A stretch of 64,000 bases of DNA from a bacterium (GTDB lineage Bacteria > Patescibacteriota > Minisyncoccia > UBA6257 > JAGOQP01). The notes beneath the pieces are model-generated. The model saw nothing but the letters and a program-made list of their open reading frames with translations, did no database searches and was not told the DNA's origin. The translations under genes were made by a program, and so were the position numbers. Below, piece by piece: positions 1 through 10,961 of the stretch (positions are counted from its first letter, which is position 1; each line of letters starts with the position of its first letter). The stretch spans positions 1,364 through 65,363 of the forward strand of contig JAKAHY010000005.1 of assembly GCA_021814695.1 (NCBI GenBank), given 5' to 3'.

Positions 1-804
1 AAATACTTTATCAGGGGCTACGTTTATTTTTATGTATAAATCTCCCGGATTTTTTCCGCGAAGACCGGCTTCTCCTTGGCCGGCTATTTTTATTACTTGT
101 CCGGGAAATACTCCTGGTTTTATATCAACCGTTATATTTTTTGTACCCATCACCCTTCCGGCCCCTCCACATTCGGGACATATTTTGTTTGGAGCCTGTC
201 CGGTTCCAAAGCATTTGTCACATTCCCGAACCTGAACAAAATTGCCGATAAAAGATGATCTTTGTTCTTTAATCTGGCCGGTTCCATGGCATGATTCACA
301 TTTCTTGGTGCCTGCATTTTTATCATACCCCGATCCGGTACATTTAGAGCAGACAACAAATGTTCTGAAAGATATATCCTTCTTAACGCCAAAAAAAGCT
401 TCTTTTAAAGTTATGCCCAAAAGCACCTGAATATCATTTCCTCTTTGTCTCGCTTGAGAGCGCCGGGTTCCACCCCCAAAAAAGCTCCCTAAAATATCAT
501 CCAAATTATCAAACCCAAACTGATCAGCAGAAAATCCACCGAAATCAAAGCCCGCAAACGGACCACCCGCACCTTGAAATCCTCCACCACCGGCATTATC
601 AAAAGTACGCCCAAACCTGTCGTATTGTGCTTTTTTCTGTTTGTCGGATAGAACTTGGTAAGCTTCGTTCACTTCCTTGAATTTTTTCTCGTCTCCGCCC
701 GCCTTATCGGGATGATACTGATGAGCGAGTTTTCGAAAAGCTTTTTTTATTTCATCTTCGGATGCTCCCCGAGGAACTCCCAAAATTTCGTAGTAATCTT
801 TCAT
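1..804 (-). CDS. dnaJ: Molecular chaperone DnaJ (partial, C-terminus beyond window start)
   Basis: Reverse translation of 802-804 gives [34 protein letters not shown] (J-domain with HPD). CxxCxGxG zinc-finger repeats are visible in the reverse complement of ~150-380. The frame is open to position 1. Confidence 0.8.
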   Translation of the reverse strand, partial: MKDYYEILGVPRGASEDEIKKAFRKLAHQYHPDKAGGDEKKFKEVNEAYQVLSDKQKKAQYDRFGRTFDNAGGGGFQGAGGPFAGFDFGGFSADQFGFDNLDDILGSFFGGGTRRSQARQRGNDIQVLLGITLKEAFFGVKKDISFRTFVVCSKCTGSGYDKNAGTKKCESCHGTGQIKEQRSSFIGNFVQVRECDKCFGTGQAPNKICPECGGAGRVMGTKNITVDIKPGVFPGQVIKIAGQGEAGLRGKNPGDLYIKINVAPDKVF

Positions 805-810
805 ATCGAA

Positions 811-1482
811 TTAATTCTCGTCCAAATTATTGTTGGGTTTTTTTATTATTACAAGATAGTCTTCTCTTACTATTCTGTCGGAATCGGATTTTTCTCCATC
901 GATATGCGCCGTTTCTTCATCGGAAAATGACGATTCACGCTTATCTCCGATCTTAATTTCTTCAACGTCAACATTATATTTTTCTTTGACATATTGTAAA
1001 GCCTTCGTAACGGCCGCCGATAGAACCCTATAAGATTCAAAGTAATCTCCCCGAAAAACGGGCGAGAGCCTTACTTCTCCTCCGTCTTTGGCAACTCTTA
1101 CACATTCATCAAATGCATCCACTATTCTTTTTTCTACCGCTTCTTTATTATGGTCAAATTGGCTGGATAAAACATTGGGAATGGCACAGTTTGATATAAT
1201 CAAGTCAAATGTTTTATCCGGAAACGGCAATCGAGTCACATCGGCCACGGCTCCTTTTCCGGTTTCATAAGGAACAAAATGAAAATCAATGCTGTATATG
1301 TCATTAGCAAGACCGCGCTCTTTTGACGCCTTTGCGAATGAACCGATACCGCTCCCTACATCCAAAATCTTTTTATCAAAATCCTCGGGAGAAAGCCTTA
1401 AATTTGTGACATATTCTTTAAAAGTCTGCCCCTCGTGATCCTCTATGTGTTTTAATCTTTCGGGATTAATTGTCATAAACAA
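811..1482 (-). CDS. Class I SAM-dependent methyltransferase
   Basis: DVGSGIGSF glycine-rich SAM-binding motif I. Sits between dnaK and dnaJ. Confidence 0.6.
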   Translation of the reverse strand: MFMTINPERLKHIEDHEGQTFKEYVTNLRLSPEDFDKKILDVGSGIGSFAKASKERGLANDIYSIDFHFVPYETGKGAVADVTRLPFPDKTFDLIISNCAIPNVLSSQFDHNKEAVEKRIVDAFDECVRVAKDGGEVRLSPVFRGDYFESYRVLSAAVTKALQYVKEKYNVDVEEIKIGDKRESSFSDEETAHIDGEKSDSDRIVREDYLVIIKKPNNNLDEN

Positions 1483-2505
1483 CTATGGCAATACGATAGT
1501 TTCCTTGCTCCTTGTCTCATAAATAATAGAACCGAATCTCAAAGCCAAAAGAATTTCATAAAAAAGAAATGAGAGTCCGGCTATAATCGGACGGATAATT
1601 GGAGAAACTGCCAGAACCGTAAAAAGTACTAGTACCGCCCCGATAATCATAATTATATTCCTGACGCTGGGAGGCAAGGTATTAACCTTATTAAGAAGAG
1701 AGTCATAAAGAGCAGAGGATAATTTTTCATCTACATTTAATTTTCCACCGAATATCCCGCCCAAACGTGACTGCAGGTCCTGAAGGCTGTTATCTATTAT
1801 TTGTTGTCTTTGTATAGGAGTAATTTTATCCTTAAGGGCCGGGTCCTGCTGAATCTGTTGGTCGACCATTCCGATTGCGGTATCTCTCAAAGACTTCGAG
1901 AAATCTACCCCGCCAAAAACGCTGGCTAAGGGTTTGGAAAGAATCTGAAGAGTTGTATTCAAAAGACCTTCGGACAATATAGGATTATTTTTTTCCAGAG
2001 GCTTTGTTGAAAAAACATTAAAGAACAGAACCGCTACGATAACGGCTAAAGCCAGAATGCCGAACTTTATTGAACTATTGGCTACCCTAAAAAATGAAAT
2101 TTTGAGCGAATCATCCAAAGCGGCGCGGGTAATCATTCCTCCACCAACAATTATGACGGCCGCCACCGCAAGCGCTAATAAAAGATTCTGGGAAAAATTG
2201 GCAAAAAAACCCAGGCTAAGCCCTACTGACGAAGCAACCAGCATCAGCGCCAGAAAACTTCTCCGGTTTATAAATACGATCTCGAGAGTCAGAAAAATAA
2301 GAAAGAGGATGACGGCAATGGACAAACCTATTACCGTTTTACTTTCTATGTGCAATTGCTGAAATGCGGCGTTATTTATAAGAAAACCGGCCGCAAATGC
2401 AAATACCGCCGTAAAAAAACCGAGAATCGACGATTTAATATAGGAAAACGCGCCGGTGTAAACACTTGGCGCCGATTCCTTTGGAGTCTGTTGTAATCCG
2501 ATCAT
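1483..2505 (-). CDS. Polytopic membrane protein of unknown function
   Basis: 340 aa with multiple hydrophobic segments. Co-oriented inside the chaperone operon. Confidence 0.5.
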   Translation of the reverse strand: MIGLQQTPKESAPSVYTGAFSYIKSSILGFFTAVFAFAAGFLINNAAFQQLHIESKTVIGLSIAVILFLIFLTLEIVFINRRSFLALMLVASSVGLSLGFFANFSQNLLLALAVAAVIIVGGGMITRAALDDSLKISFFRVANSSIKFGILALAVIVAVLFFNVFSTKPLEKNNPILSEGLLNTTLQILSKPLASVFGGVDFSKSLRDTAIGMVDQQIQQDPALKDKITPIQRQQIIDNSLQDLQSRLGGIFGGKLNVDEKLSSALYDSLLNKVNTLPPSVRNIIMIIGAVLVLFTVLAVSPIIRPIIAGLSFLFYEILLALRFGSIIYETRSKETIVLP

Positions 2506-2520
2506 TGTATTTTGAGGAAG

Positions 2521-4371
2521 TTATTGCTGCTGTTCCGTGGTTCCCGCAGCTCCCGCAGCTCCTTCATCTCCCTTATTGTACATCGATTGGCCTATTTTTT
2601 GAAGTTCTCCTGATAATTCGGATGAGGCCGCCTTCATTCTGTCGGCATCATTGTGGGCAATTGCATCTTTGAGCTCCGAGGTCTTTTGTTCAATAGAGGC
2701 TTTTACATCTGGAGTAATTTTATCTTTCCATTCGGTAAGGTTCTTTTCCGCAAGATATACCAGCTGTTCGGCATTGTTCCTGAGTTCGGCGGATTCTTTT
2801 TTCTTTTTATCTTCTTCGGCATGAACTGCAGCTTCCTGTTTTAGGCGCTCAATTTCGTCCTTGGAAAGTTGGGTTGATGCTTCAATTCTTACCGACTGGA
2901 CTTTTCCGGAGGCTTTATCTTTGGCGGAAACGCTTAAAATTCCGTTGGCATCAATATCGAATGCGACTTCAACCTGAGGAACTCCTCTTGGGGCCGGTGG
3001 AATTCCGTCAAGAATAAATCTGGCAAGGGTTTTATTATCCGCTGCCATAGGACGCTCTCCCTGAAGAACATGAATTTCAACCGATGTTTGGTTATCGGCT
3101 GCAGTCGAAAAGACTTGAGACTTTGACGTCGGAACGGTTGTATTTTTTTCTATAACCGGAGTAAATACGCTTCCGTAAGTTTCTATTCCCAGTGAAAGCG
3201 GGGTCACATCCAAAAGCAAAACGTCTTTAACATCGCCCTGGAAAATACCGGCTTGAACGGCGGCACCGATCGCAACTACTTCGTCAGGGTTAATTCCCCT
3301 GTGAGGGTCTTTGCCAAAAAGCTTTTTGACCGCTTCCTGAATGGCCGGCATTCTGGTCTGACCGCCAACGAGAATAACTTCGTTAATATCCGATATTTTC
3401 AGACCCGCTTCACTGATAGTTTGTTTAACAAGTTCTATAGAATGGTCAATCATATCCTGAACCAAGCCCTCAAGTTTGGCTCGCGTCATTTTAATCAGAA
3501 AATGTTTTGGGCCTGAAGCATCCGAGCTTATGTAAGGTAAATTAATTTCTGTTTCGGTAACGGTAGACAATTCGTGCTTGGCTCTTTCCGCGGCCTCTCT
3601 TAATCTTTGCAACGCGAGAGGATCCTTTGACAGGTCAACGCCATCGCTTTTTTTATATTCGGCAACCAAATAATCCATTATTCTCTTGTCAAAATCATCA
3701 CCGCCAAGATGGGTATCGCCTCCGGTACTTTTGACTTCAACAACGTCATCTCCAATTTCAAGAACGGAAATATCGAAAGTTCCCCCTCCGAAATCGTAAA
3801 CACAAATTTTTTCGTTTTTCTGCTTATTTAATCCGTAAGCCAATGCTGCCGCCGTCGGTTCATTAATTATTCTACGGACTTTAAGGCCGGCGATTTCTCC
3901 GGCATTTTTTGTTGCCTGCCTTTGTGAGTCGTCAAAATAAGCCGGAACAGTTATGACCGCTTCTTCTATTTTTTCTCCCGTCTTCGCTTCGGCATCGGCC
4001 TTAAGTTTGGCCAATACCATTGCCGAGATTTCTTCAGGTTTATATTCTCTATCTCCCATTTTTACCTCGACTCCCCCGGTTGAAGATTCCTTCAGTTCGT
4101 AGGGTAACCACTTTACATCCCTTTGTACTTCAACGTCACTGAATTTTCTCCCGACAAGACGCTTTACTGAAAAAATCGTATTTTTGGGATTCACAACCGC
4201 CTGACGCTTGGCAAGCATTCCGGCAAGACGCTCTCCCGATTTACTCACCGCAACCACCGACGGGGTGGTTCTTGCTCCTTCCGCGTTTTCTAAAACTTTT
4301 GGCTCTCCGCCCTCAACAATTGCCATAGCCGAATTTGTCGTCCCCAAATCTATACCTAATATTTTTGCCAT
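2521..4371 (-). CDS. dnaK: Chaperone DnaK (Hsp70)
   Basis: N-terminus [20 protein letters not shown] and full-length Hsp70 signatures. Confidence 0.95.
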   Translation of the reverse strand: MAKILGIDLGTTNSAMAIVEGGEPKVLENAEGARTTPSVVAVSKSGERLAGMLAKRQAVVNPKNTIFSVKRLVGRKFSDVEVQRDVKWLPYELKESSTGGVEVKMGDREYKPEEISAMVLAKLKADAEAKTGEKIEEAVITVPAYFDDSQRQATKNAGEIAGLKVRRIINEPTAAALAYGLNKQKNEKICVYDFGGGTFDISVLEIGDDVVEVKSTGGDTHLGGDDFDKRIMDYLVAEYKKSDGVDLSKDPLALQRLREAAERAKHELSTVTETEINLPYISSDASGPKHFLIKMTRAKLEGLVQDMIDHSIELVKQTISEAGLKISDINEVILVGGQTRMPAIQEAVKKLFGKDPHRGINPDEVVAIGAAVQAGIFQGDVKDVLLLDVTPLSLGIETYGSVFTPVIEKNTTVPTSKSQVFSTAADNQTSVEIHVLQGERPMAADNKTLARFILDGIPPAPRGVPQVEVAFDIDANGILSVSAKDKASGKVQSVRIEASTQLSKDEIERLKQEAAVHAEEDKKKKESAELRNNAEQLVYLAEKNLTEWKDKITPDVKASIEQKTSELKDAIAHNDADRMKAASSELSGELQKIGQSMYNKGDEGAAGAAGTTEQQQ

Positions 4372-4465
4372 ATTTGTTTAAAAATTGTTTTTAATTATTG
4401 ATTGTAAATATGAACACCCGCCAATGTTTTGAAACAGGAGAGTGCCGTATTGATAAGGAATATTA

Positions 4466-4954
4466 TTATTTTACCACTTTGACTCTTGCTGCCCGAATCA
4501 ATTTTCCATTCATCATATAACCCCTCTCTACTTCTTCCGCGACCGTTCCTGACGGTTGATCGGATTCAACAACGGTTATTGCATCATGGATGCTGGGATC
4601 AAATTTTTGACCTACCGAAACAGAGATTCTCTCCAATCCATAACGCTTCAGCACATCTTCCAACTGGGTTCTAATAAGATAAATACCCTTCTCTGTTTTA
4701 TCATCCGCACCCAAAGACTGGATAGCCAGATCGAAACTGTCCAATACGCTGATTAATTCCCTGATAATCGTCTCGTTGGCATATTTTAAAACGGTTTCAA
4801 AGCGCTTAGTTTCGTCTTTTTTATAATTAATGAAATCAGCCTTCGCCCGTTTCCAACCATCAAGATAATCATCATTCTCCTTTTTGAGTCTTTCGATCTC
4901 CGACGGCTGAGCGTCCGAACTTGGATTTTGTTGGTTTTCCTGTTTTTCTTCCAT
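4466..4954 (-). CDS. grpE: Nucleotide exchange factor GrpE
   Basis: 162 aa; coiled-coil N-terminus plus GrpE C-terminal domain (ISVLDSFDLA, RAARVKVVK). Lies upstream of dnaK. Confidence 0.85.
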   Translation of the reverse strand: MEEKQENQQNPSSDAQPSEIERLKKENDDYLDGWKRAKADFINYKKDETKRFETVLKYANETIIRELISVLDSFDLAIQSLGADDKTEKGIYLIRTQLEDVLKRYGLERISVSVGQKFDPSIHDAITVVESDQPSGTVAEEVERGYMMNGKLIRAARVKVVK

Positions 4955-5093
4955 ATAAAAATATTCCCCTTGCTTGAATGAATTTCGCTACTATTTTAGT
5001 ACCCTTTGGATAATTGTCAATACTGGATGCTGACAAAATCAGGCTAAAAACGTATAATAAAGGCACTGTCGCAATTATTAATATTCAAGCCAA

Positions 5094-6005
5094 ATGATAA
5101 TCAAAAAAGGCAAGGTCAACTGGATAAATCTGGTTAATCCGAGTGATAAAGAATTAGCAGCTTTAAAAAAGGAATTCGGAATACATCCAATTATTATAGA
5201 GGAGTTAGCCGAACCGTCGGCCCGCTCCAAAGTCGAGATATACGGAAATTATATGTTTGTCGTTCTCCACTTGCCCGTATACGAAACTCAAGGACGCGTT
5301 TCCCGCAGGGGCGAAATGGATTTTTTGATTACCAAAAATGCCGTGATTTCGGTCAGTTACGAAAAACTGGAGCCGATCGAAATGTTGGAAGAAAAAATAG
5401 AGGATAATCCGAATTATAAAGACAGGCTCCTCGGCGGAGACACTGCTCGTCTTCTTTATTATCTTATAGAATCCTGCCTCCTTTATTCGATGAGACAATT
5501 GCACCACGTTGACGAAAAGATCGATGATATACGAAGTACGCTGTTTGAGGATCAGGAAAAAACTCTTCTTGAAAAAATATCTTACGTAAAAAGGGATTTG
5601 CTGAGTTATTATCTCATAACCAAATCGCAATCAAGCATTTTTAACTCTTTGAGCAAAATAGGGCCGGACTTTTTTGGAGACCATACCAAAGTTTATTTCA
5701 GCGATCTGGAAGGAGATTTCTTAAAAGTGCTTCAGTCGTGCGAAAGCTACAAAGATACCATCGAGTCATTTGAAAAAACCAACACCCAGATGTTAACCAT
5801 CAGAATGACTAAAGTAATGCAGAGATTTTCGGTCCTGGCATTTCTGACTTTTCCGATAATGGTATTTCTGGCTTTATTTACAATAGACACAAACTCTAGG
5901 CCAATAGTCGGACACTCTCCTTACGATTTCTGGATTTTATCCGGAATCGTCGTTGGAGCAATACTTATAATGGCGACAATCTTCAGAAAAAAAGAGTGGC
6001 TGTAA
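5094..6005 (+). CDS. CorA-family divalent cation transporter-like protein
   Basis: 303 aa; soluble N-domain followed by two C-terminal TM helices and a terminal RKKEWL, as in CorA. The usual GMN loop motif is replaced by TIDTN. Confidence 0.55.
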   Translation: MIIKKGKVNWINLVNPSDKELAALKKEFGIHPIIIEELAEPSARSKVEIYGNYMFVVLHLPVYETQGRVSRRGEMDFLITKNAVISVSYEKLEPIEMLEEKIEDNPNYKDRLLGGDTARLLYYLIESCLLYSMRQLHHVDEKIDDIRSTLFEDQEKTLLEKISYVKRDLLSYYLITKSQSSIFNSLSKIGPDFFGDHTKVYFSDLEGDFLKVLQSCESYKDTIESFEKTNTQMLTIRMTKVMQRFSVLAFLTFPIMVFLALFTIDTNSRPIVGHSPYDFWILSGIVVGAILIMATIFRKKEWL

Positions 6006-6026
6006 AAAAGACGGCCCAAAGTGCCG

Positions 6027-6227
6027 TCAACCAAAAATCAAACTGGCAATTGCAATCAGAAAATTAAATCCGGAAAGAATATAAGCGACCAGAGAAAACC
6101 TTCTGTGTTTTTCTCTGAATAAATACCCGATGAAGGCGGTTACTACTCCATAAAAGAAATACTCCACAAAGTAGACAACGGCCATTGATTGCATCTCTCC
6201 TCCAATATTCTGCTTATAATATGGCAC
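6027..6227 (-). CDS. Small hydrophobic protein (hypothetical)
   Basis: 66-aa ORF with two hydrophobic segments; weak support. Confidence 0.25.
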   Translation of the reverse strand: MPYYKQNIGGEMQSMAVVYFVEYFFYGVVTAFIGYLFREKHRRFSLVAYILSGFNFLIAIASLIFG

Positions 6228-6303
6228 TAAAAATCGCCATATTCAATATTATAAAAAAGAGCGGCTCCAATGAGTCGCTTTCGTTCAATCTACACACCCC
6301 AAA

Positions 6304-6564
6304 TCATTGCAGCCAAGAAAAAATAATGTTGATGATTGACCACACGGAGCCAAAAAGCAGAGCTAATGATACCGCCCCCATAACAATGGATTCCGCCAGA
6401 TTGATGGCCCACTTACCGAGCCCAATGTCGTTGCTCGCCGCTGAGCTGATACTTGCTAATACCGCAACAATAATGCCCACCAAGGCTCCAAAAATAGCCC
6501 CCGAATAGAAGTGGTGTAGTACAACCATTAGCATCTCTCTTTCTCCTTTCTTGTTGTGTTCCAA
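6304..6564 (-). CDS. Small membrane protein (hypothetical)
   Basis: 86 aa with two predicted TM helices. Confidence 0.35.
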   Translation of the reverse strand: MEHNKKGEREMLMVVLHHFYSGAIFGALVGIIVAVLASISSAASNDIGLGKWAINLAESIVMGAVSLALLFGSVWSIINIIFSWLQ

Positions 6565-6588
6565 TAATATAATGCACTAAAATTAATT

Positions 6589-8055
6589 ATGCGTCAAGTT
6601 TCATTTATTCATTCTTCAAAGTACAATAAACAAATTATGAGACTTCAAGATTCCCTATCGGGAAAGAAAATAGAGCTTAAAAAAACGTCCAAACCAATCA
6701 AATTGTTTGTCTGTGGACCGACGGTTTACGACAAAACCCACATAGGCCATGCCCGGACGTATGTGGCGTTTGATGCATTCGTTCAATACCTCCGATACAC
6801 CGGCCAAAAAGTCTTTTATCTGATAAACATAACCGACGTTGACGACAAAATAATCGCCAAAGCCCAACAGGAACAAAAAAATCCGTTTGAAATAGCCGAG
6901 TTTTTTGAAAATGATTTCCATCAGACCGAAAAGATTTTAAACATAGAATCGGTTACTAAATATGCCCGGGCATCGGATCATATAAAAGAAATAATCGCCC
7001 AAATCAAAGTCTTGATAAAGAGAGGATATGCGTATGAGACTCAACACGGAATATATTTTAAGGTTAAAAAATTCAAAAACTACGGCAAATTATCCAAACA
7101 AAATCTGAATGCTCTCCGCCCCGGATGGAGGATTGATATCGATCCGGAAAAGAAAGACCCTCTGGATTTTGCTCTTTGGAAAAAGTCGGCTTCCGAAATT
7201 AAAACATCGGACAAAAAACAGCCGGCAATTGTCGACTCGGAACCTTTTTGGAAAAGTCCGTGGGGATGGGGCAGGCCTGGGTGGCACATTGAAGACACGG
7301 CTATTACCGAAAAATATTTTGGCGTTCAATACGATATCCACGGAGGAGCGGCGGAACTTAAATTCCCCCACCATGAATCGGAGATTGCCCAGCAGGAATC
7401 AGCGTCAGGCAAAAAACCTTTGGTAAAAATCTGGATGCATACCGGAGTTCTTCTGGTTGGCGGACAAAAGATGTCCAAGAGTTTGAAAAATTTTATTACA
7501 GTGGATGACTTTGTTTCAAAGTATGGCTCCAACGCCTTACGACTTATGATTCTAAACCACTCTTATCACTCTCCTGTCGACTACACCGACGAGACGGCTC
7601 AAGCGGCTCACAATAATATAATCTCTCTTATGCAGTTTTTACTCAAAGCCGATTTTGTATCAAAACACCAGAAAGAAGGCTTCGGATCTTTGCCCCTAAA
7701 AGAGTTCGAAAAACAGATAACGGAATCACTTGACGACGATTTCAATACGCCAAAGGCCATGGGGCTGCTCTTTGAGCTTGTGAACAGAATCGAATCGTCT
7801 ATATACACATTGCCGGCAGGAGAAATCAAAAAGGCCGCCAGATTTGTACAGAAATATTTTGAGATTTTAGGGTTTGTCCTTCCGGTTCCGGAATCGGAAA
7901 TACCCGACAAAATCTTCAATTTAGCCTCCGAAAGGGAGGAATTCAGAGGTAATAAACAATTTATTAAGGCCGACGCCTTGAGAAATGAAATTAATGAGTT
8001 AGGATACAGTGTAGAAGATACGCCATTTGGACCGTTTGTCAGAAAAGATATTTAA
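6589..8055 (+). CDS. cysS: Cysteinyl-tRNA synthetase (true start possibly at 6637, MRLQD)
   Basis: HIGH motif (CGPTVYDKTHIGHAR), KMSKS motif (QKMSKSLKNF), and class I Rossmann-fold architecture. Confidence 0.9.
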   Translation: MRQVSFIHSSKYNKQIMRLQDSLSGKKIELKKTSKPIKLFVCGPTVYDKTHIGHARTYVAFDAFVQYLRYTGQKVFYLINITDVDDKIIAKAQQEQKNPFEIAEFFENDFHQTEKILNIESVTKYARASDHIKEIIAQIKVLIKRGYAYETQHGIYFKVKKFKNYGKLSKQNLNALRPGWRIDIDPEKKDPLDFALWKKSASEIKTSDKKQPAIVDSEPFWKSPWGWGRPGWHIEDTAITEKYFGVQYDIHGGAAELKFPHHESEIAQQESASGKKPLVKIWMHTGVLLVGGQKMSKSLKNFITVDDFVSKYGSNALRLMILNHSYHSPVDYTDETAQAAHNNIISLMQFLLKADFVSKHQKEGFGSLPLKEFEKQITESLDDDFNTPKAMGLLFELVNRIESSIYTLPAGEIKKAARFVQKYFEILGFVLPVPESEIPDKIFNLASEREEFRGNKQFIKADALRNEINELGYSVEDTPFGPFVRKDI

Positions 8056-8092
8056 ATAAAGCCGCGGGCTAAAACCGAAAAACCAGAAATTT

Positions 8093-9439
8093 ATGGACAA
8101 TATAAAATTGCCGCCGCAAGACATCGAAGCAGAAAAGTCTATATTGGGTTCGCTAATGATAGACAAAAACGCCGTAACCAAGGTGGCGGATTCAATTACT
8201 CCCATAGATTTATATAATGCCGCCCACCAAAAAATATATGAGGCGATGTTGGATCTTTTTTCAAAAAACGAACCAATAGACATTCTGAGCGTCACTAATG
8301 TTTTAAAATCCAAAAAACAGTTGGACAGCGTCGGCGGATCATCATATCTGGCTGATTTAATTAATTCAGTTCCTTCTTCGGCACATATCGGTCACTACGC
8401 AAAGATTGTCAGAGAAAAAAGAATTCTCCGCGATCTGATTTCTCTTTCGGCTAATATCAATGATGAAGTTTTTGAGAAAAGAACGGATGTCGATAATCTT
8501 ATCGATTCCATAGAACAGAAGATTTTCAGCGTTTCGCAACGCTCACAGGATAAAAACTTCATAGCTCTGCGGGATGAATTGAAGGAGGCGTACGAAAGAA
8601 TCGAAAAACTGCATCAGGGAGAAAAAGGACTCAGAGGTGTTACAACCGGATTTGAAGATTTGGATAAATTACTTTCCGGATTCCAGCGCTCAGACATGAT
8701 TATTTTGGGAGCCAGGCCTTCTCTTGGAAAAACAACCCTTGCTCTTGATATGGCCAGAGGCGCAGCTCTTAAAGGAAAGGCATCGGTCGGAATATTTTCC
8801 CTGGAAATGTCCCGCGAACAGTTAGTGGACCGCCTTATTGCCGCCGAAGCCAATGTTCCTTTTTGGAGATTACGCACCGGACAACTTAACAGTGAAACGG
8901 ATTTTGCTTTAATTCAGGAGTCATTAGACAGACTGTCGCGAATGAAAATATTCATAGACGACACACCATCACCCAATATTATGCAGATTCGTTCGATAGC
9001 CCGACGCCTACAATCCGAAAACGGGTTAGATTTAATAGTTATAGACTATGTCCAGCTGATACAGCCGCTTACAAACACCGATAATATGGTTCAACAATTC
9101 ACCGAAATTTCCCATGGAATCAAAGCTTTGGCCAGAGAATTGAACGTTCCGGTACTGGCGATTTCCCAGCTTAACAGGCAAGTAGATAACCGCGAGGTAA
9201 GAGTCCCCCGACTTTCGGATCTTCGCGAAACCGGTTCGTGGGAACAAGATGCCGACGTGGTATTGATGATTTATCGCAAAGACCGCGACAAACTTGAACC
9301 GTCCCTGGAAGAGGAGGGCTTGGCAAGCGTCATTATCGCCAAACACCGCAATGGTCCGCTGGGAACCGTTGATTTCAAATTTGATTCGGATAAGGTTACT
9401 TTTCGGCCGATTTCAAAAACTCATACAAATTACGAATAA
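8093..9439 (+). CDS. dnaB: Replicative DNA helicase DnaB
   Basis: N-terminal DnaB domain (DIEAEKSILGSLM), Walker A (GARPSLGKTT), RecA-like C-terminal domain. Confidence 0.9.
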   Translation: MDNIKLPPQDIEAEKSILGSLMIDKNAVTKVADSITPIDLYNAAHQKIYEAMLDLFSKNEPIDILSVTNVLKSKKQLDSVGGSSYLADLINSVPSSAHIGHYAKIVREKRILRDLISLSANINDEVFEKRTDVDNLIDSIEQKIFSVSQRSQDKNFIALRDELKEAYERIEKLHQGEKGLRGVTTGFEDLDKLLSGFQRSDMIILGARPSLGKTTLALDMARGAALKGKASVGIFSLEMSREQLVDRLIAAEANVPFWRLRTGQLNSETDFALIQESLDRLSRMKIFIDDTPSPNIMQIRSIARRLQSENGLDLIVIDYVQLIQPLTNTDNMVQQFTEISHGIKALARELNVPVLAISQLNRQVDNREVRVPRLSDLRETGSWEQDADVVLMIYRKDRDKLEPSLEEEGLASVIIAKHRNGPLGTVDFKFDSDKVTFRPISKTHTNYE

Positions 9440-9447
9440 TATAAATC

Positions 9448-10050
9448 GTGCTTCCTGAAGAGATAAAAAAATTTATAGAGGAGTTCGAAAAACTCCCCTC
9501 AATTGGTCCCCGACAAGCTACCCGCTTGGCGTTCAGGCTCATTGGAGGAGGACAAGCTAAACTTGCCGAGATGGCAAATGCGGTGTCCGGATTAAAGAAG
9601 GTGAAAATATGCCCGCGATGTTTTTTCGTCCACTCTCAAAAAACAGACGTCTGTTCGATATGTGCCGAATCTACTCGGGCCAATGACGTATTTATGGTTA
9701 TAGAAAAAGAGACGGATTTGATGAGTATTGAGCGCACTAAAAAATACCGCGGTAAATATCTGGTCTTGGGAGAACTGACAAAAAGCGGGGTGCTTGAGCC
9801 TTGGCAAAAATTGAGATTAAATGCCCTTAAAAAAATAATCACCGATGAAATGTCGGATAAAATGGCCAAAGAAATAATTATAGCTCTTAACCCGACAACT
9901 TACGGAGATCTAAACGCCTCACTTATAGAAAAAGAACTAAAAAACTACAGCCATAAAATGTCACGCTTAGGAAGAGGAATTCCCACCGGAGGAGAAATAG
10001 AATTCGCCGACGAAGAAACCCTTTCGCACTCGCTTACCAGAAGAGAGTAA
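9448..10050 (+). CDS. recR: Recombination protein RecR
   Basis: HhH N-terminus (LPSIGPRQATRLAF), C4 zinc finger (CPRC...CSIC), Toprim domain. Confidence 0.9.
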   Translation: MLPEEIKKFIEEFEKLPSIGPRQATRLAFRLIGGGQAKLAEMANAVSGLKKVKICPRCFFVHSQKTDVCSICAESTRANDVFMVIEKETDLMSIERTKKYRGKYLVLGELTKSGVLEPWQKLRLNALKKIITDEMSDKMAKEIIIALNPTTYGDLNASLIEKELKNYSHKMSRLGRGIPTGGEIEFADEETLSHSLTRRE

Positions 10051-10109
10051 TTTGTTCTACAAAAAAGCCGCTGGGCAGAACCATGCGGTTAAATTACGTC
10101 TTGCGATAA

Positions 10110-10520
10110 TCAATAACTGTCCCCATCATCCGGAATAAGAGGCTGATACTTTATTTTCCACAAACGGAATGAAATCTTACGAGCTATTTTACCCAGCTCC
10201 TCCAAGTCGCTCTTCTTAAATCCCCTTTCTTGTAGTAGACAAATTGGACAAAATCCTTGAAAGTATCTGCGAATCCCGACTGTACGACGAACATAATAGC
10301 TGACAACTACGGATTTCTCGTGATTACACTTCTTTTGCAAAGAAGACGAAAGAGTATCCAGTTCCGCATTTATTTTATTGAGTTTTTTAGCAAGAGCGGC
10401 TATTTTTTCCCCAATAGCATTGTAGCTATCCGTCTCTCTTTTTAAACTTTCAAAAAGTTTTTTCCTCTTTTTTTCGATACCGGCAAGCTTTTTTCTACTC
10501 ACGTCGAAGTCCTTGTCCAA
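10110..10520 (-). CDS. Hypothetical coiled-coil protein with a CPIC motif
   Basis: 136-aa ORF; no recognisable family. Confidence 0.35.
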   Translation of the reverse strand: MDKDFDVSRKKLAGIEKKRKKLFESLKRETDSYNAIGEKIAALAKKLNKINAELDTLSSSLQKKCNHEKSVVVSYYVRRTVGIRRYFQGFCPICLLQERGFKKSDLEELGKIARKISFRLWKIKYQPLIPDDGDSY

Positions 10521-10585
10521 GACTAGGCCCCTTTTTGTATACTAATACAACCATAAGTGTAATCCCTGTGCGTGTCAACGCCAAA

Positions 10586-10614
10586 ATAAAAAACCGCTTT
10601 AGAGCGGTTTTTTA
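10586..10614 (-). terminator. Rho-independent terminator after rplU
   Basis: Hairpin aaccgctttagagcggtt followed by a T-run on the minus strand; overlaps the rplU stop. Confidence 0.6.
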
Positions 10615-10923
10615 TTTGATACCGGTAATTTTTACTTCTGTAAAATACTGGCGATGGCCCTTAGTTTTCCTTACCCGAGCCTTGGAATGATATTTGAAAA
10701 TAATCTTTTTTCTGTCCCTGGACTGCCTTAAAATTTCTCCTTCAACCTTAACCCCTGAGACTTCCGGTTTTCCAACGGTAGCGCTTGAACCATCCGAGAC
10801 CAAAAGAACCTCATCAAAGGAAACTTTGGAGTTAGGTTCTCCGGCAATCTTTTCTATCTTCAATTTTTGGTCGGGAGTGACAACGTATTGCTTTCCCCCC
10901 GTTTTGATTACGGCAAATGACAT
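10612..10923 (-). CDS. rplU: 50S ribosomal protein L21
   Basis: MSFAVIKTGGKQYVV...KYHSKARVRKTKGHRQ matches the L21 family. Confidence 0.9.
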   Translation of the reverse strand: MSFAVIKTGGKQYVVTPDQKLKIEKIAGEPNSKVSFDEVLLVSDGSSATVGKPEVSGVKVEGEILRQSRDRKKIIFKYHSKARVRKTKGHRQYFTEVKITGIK

Positions 10924-10961
10924 AGTTGAAAAATGTTAACAAAGATGCGGCTGAAAGTCAA

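Noticed and set aside
4955-5093. Looked for a CIRCE (TTAGCACTC-N9-GAGTGCTAA) HrcA operator upstream of grpE
   Set aside because: No such inverted repeat present; only a sigma-70-like TTGACA/TAAAAT pair was seen, so no CIRCE feature is reported.
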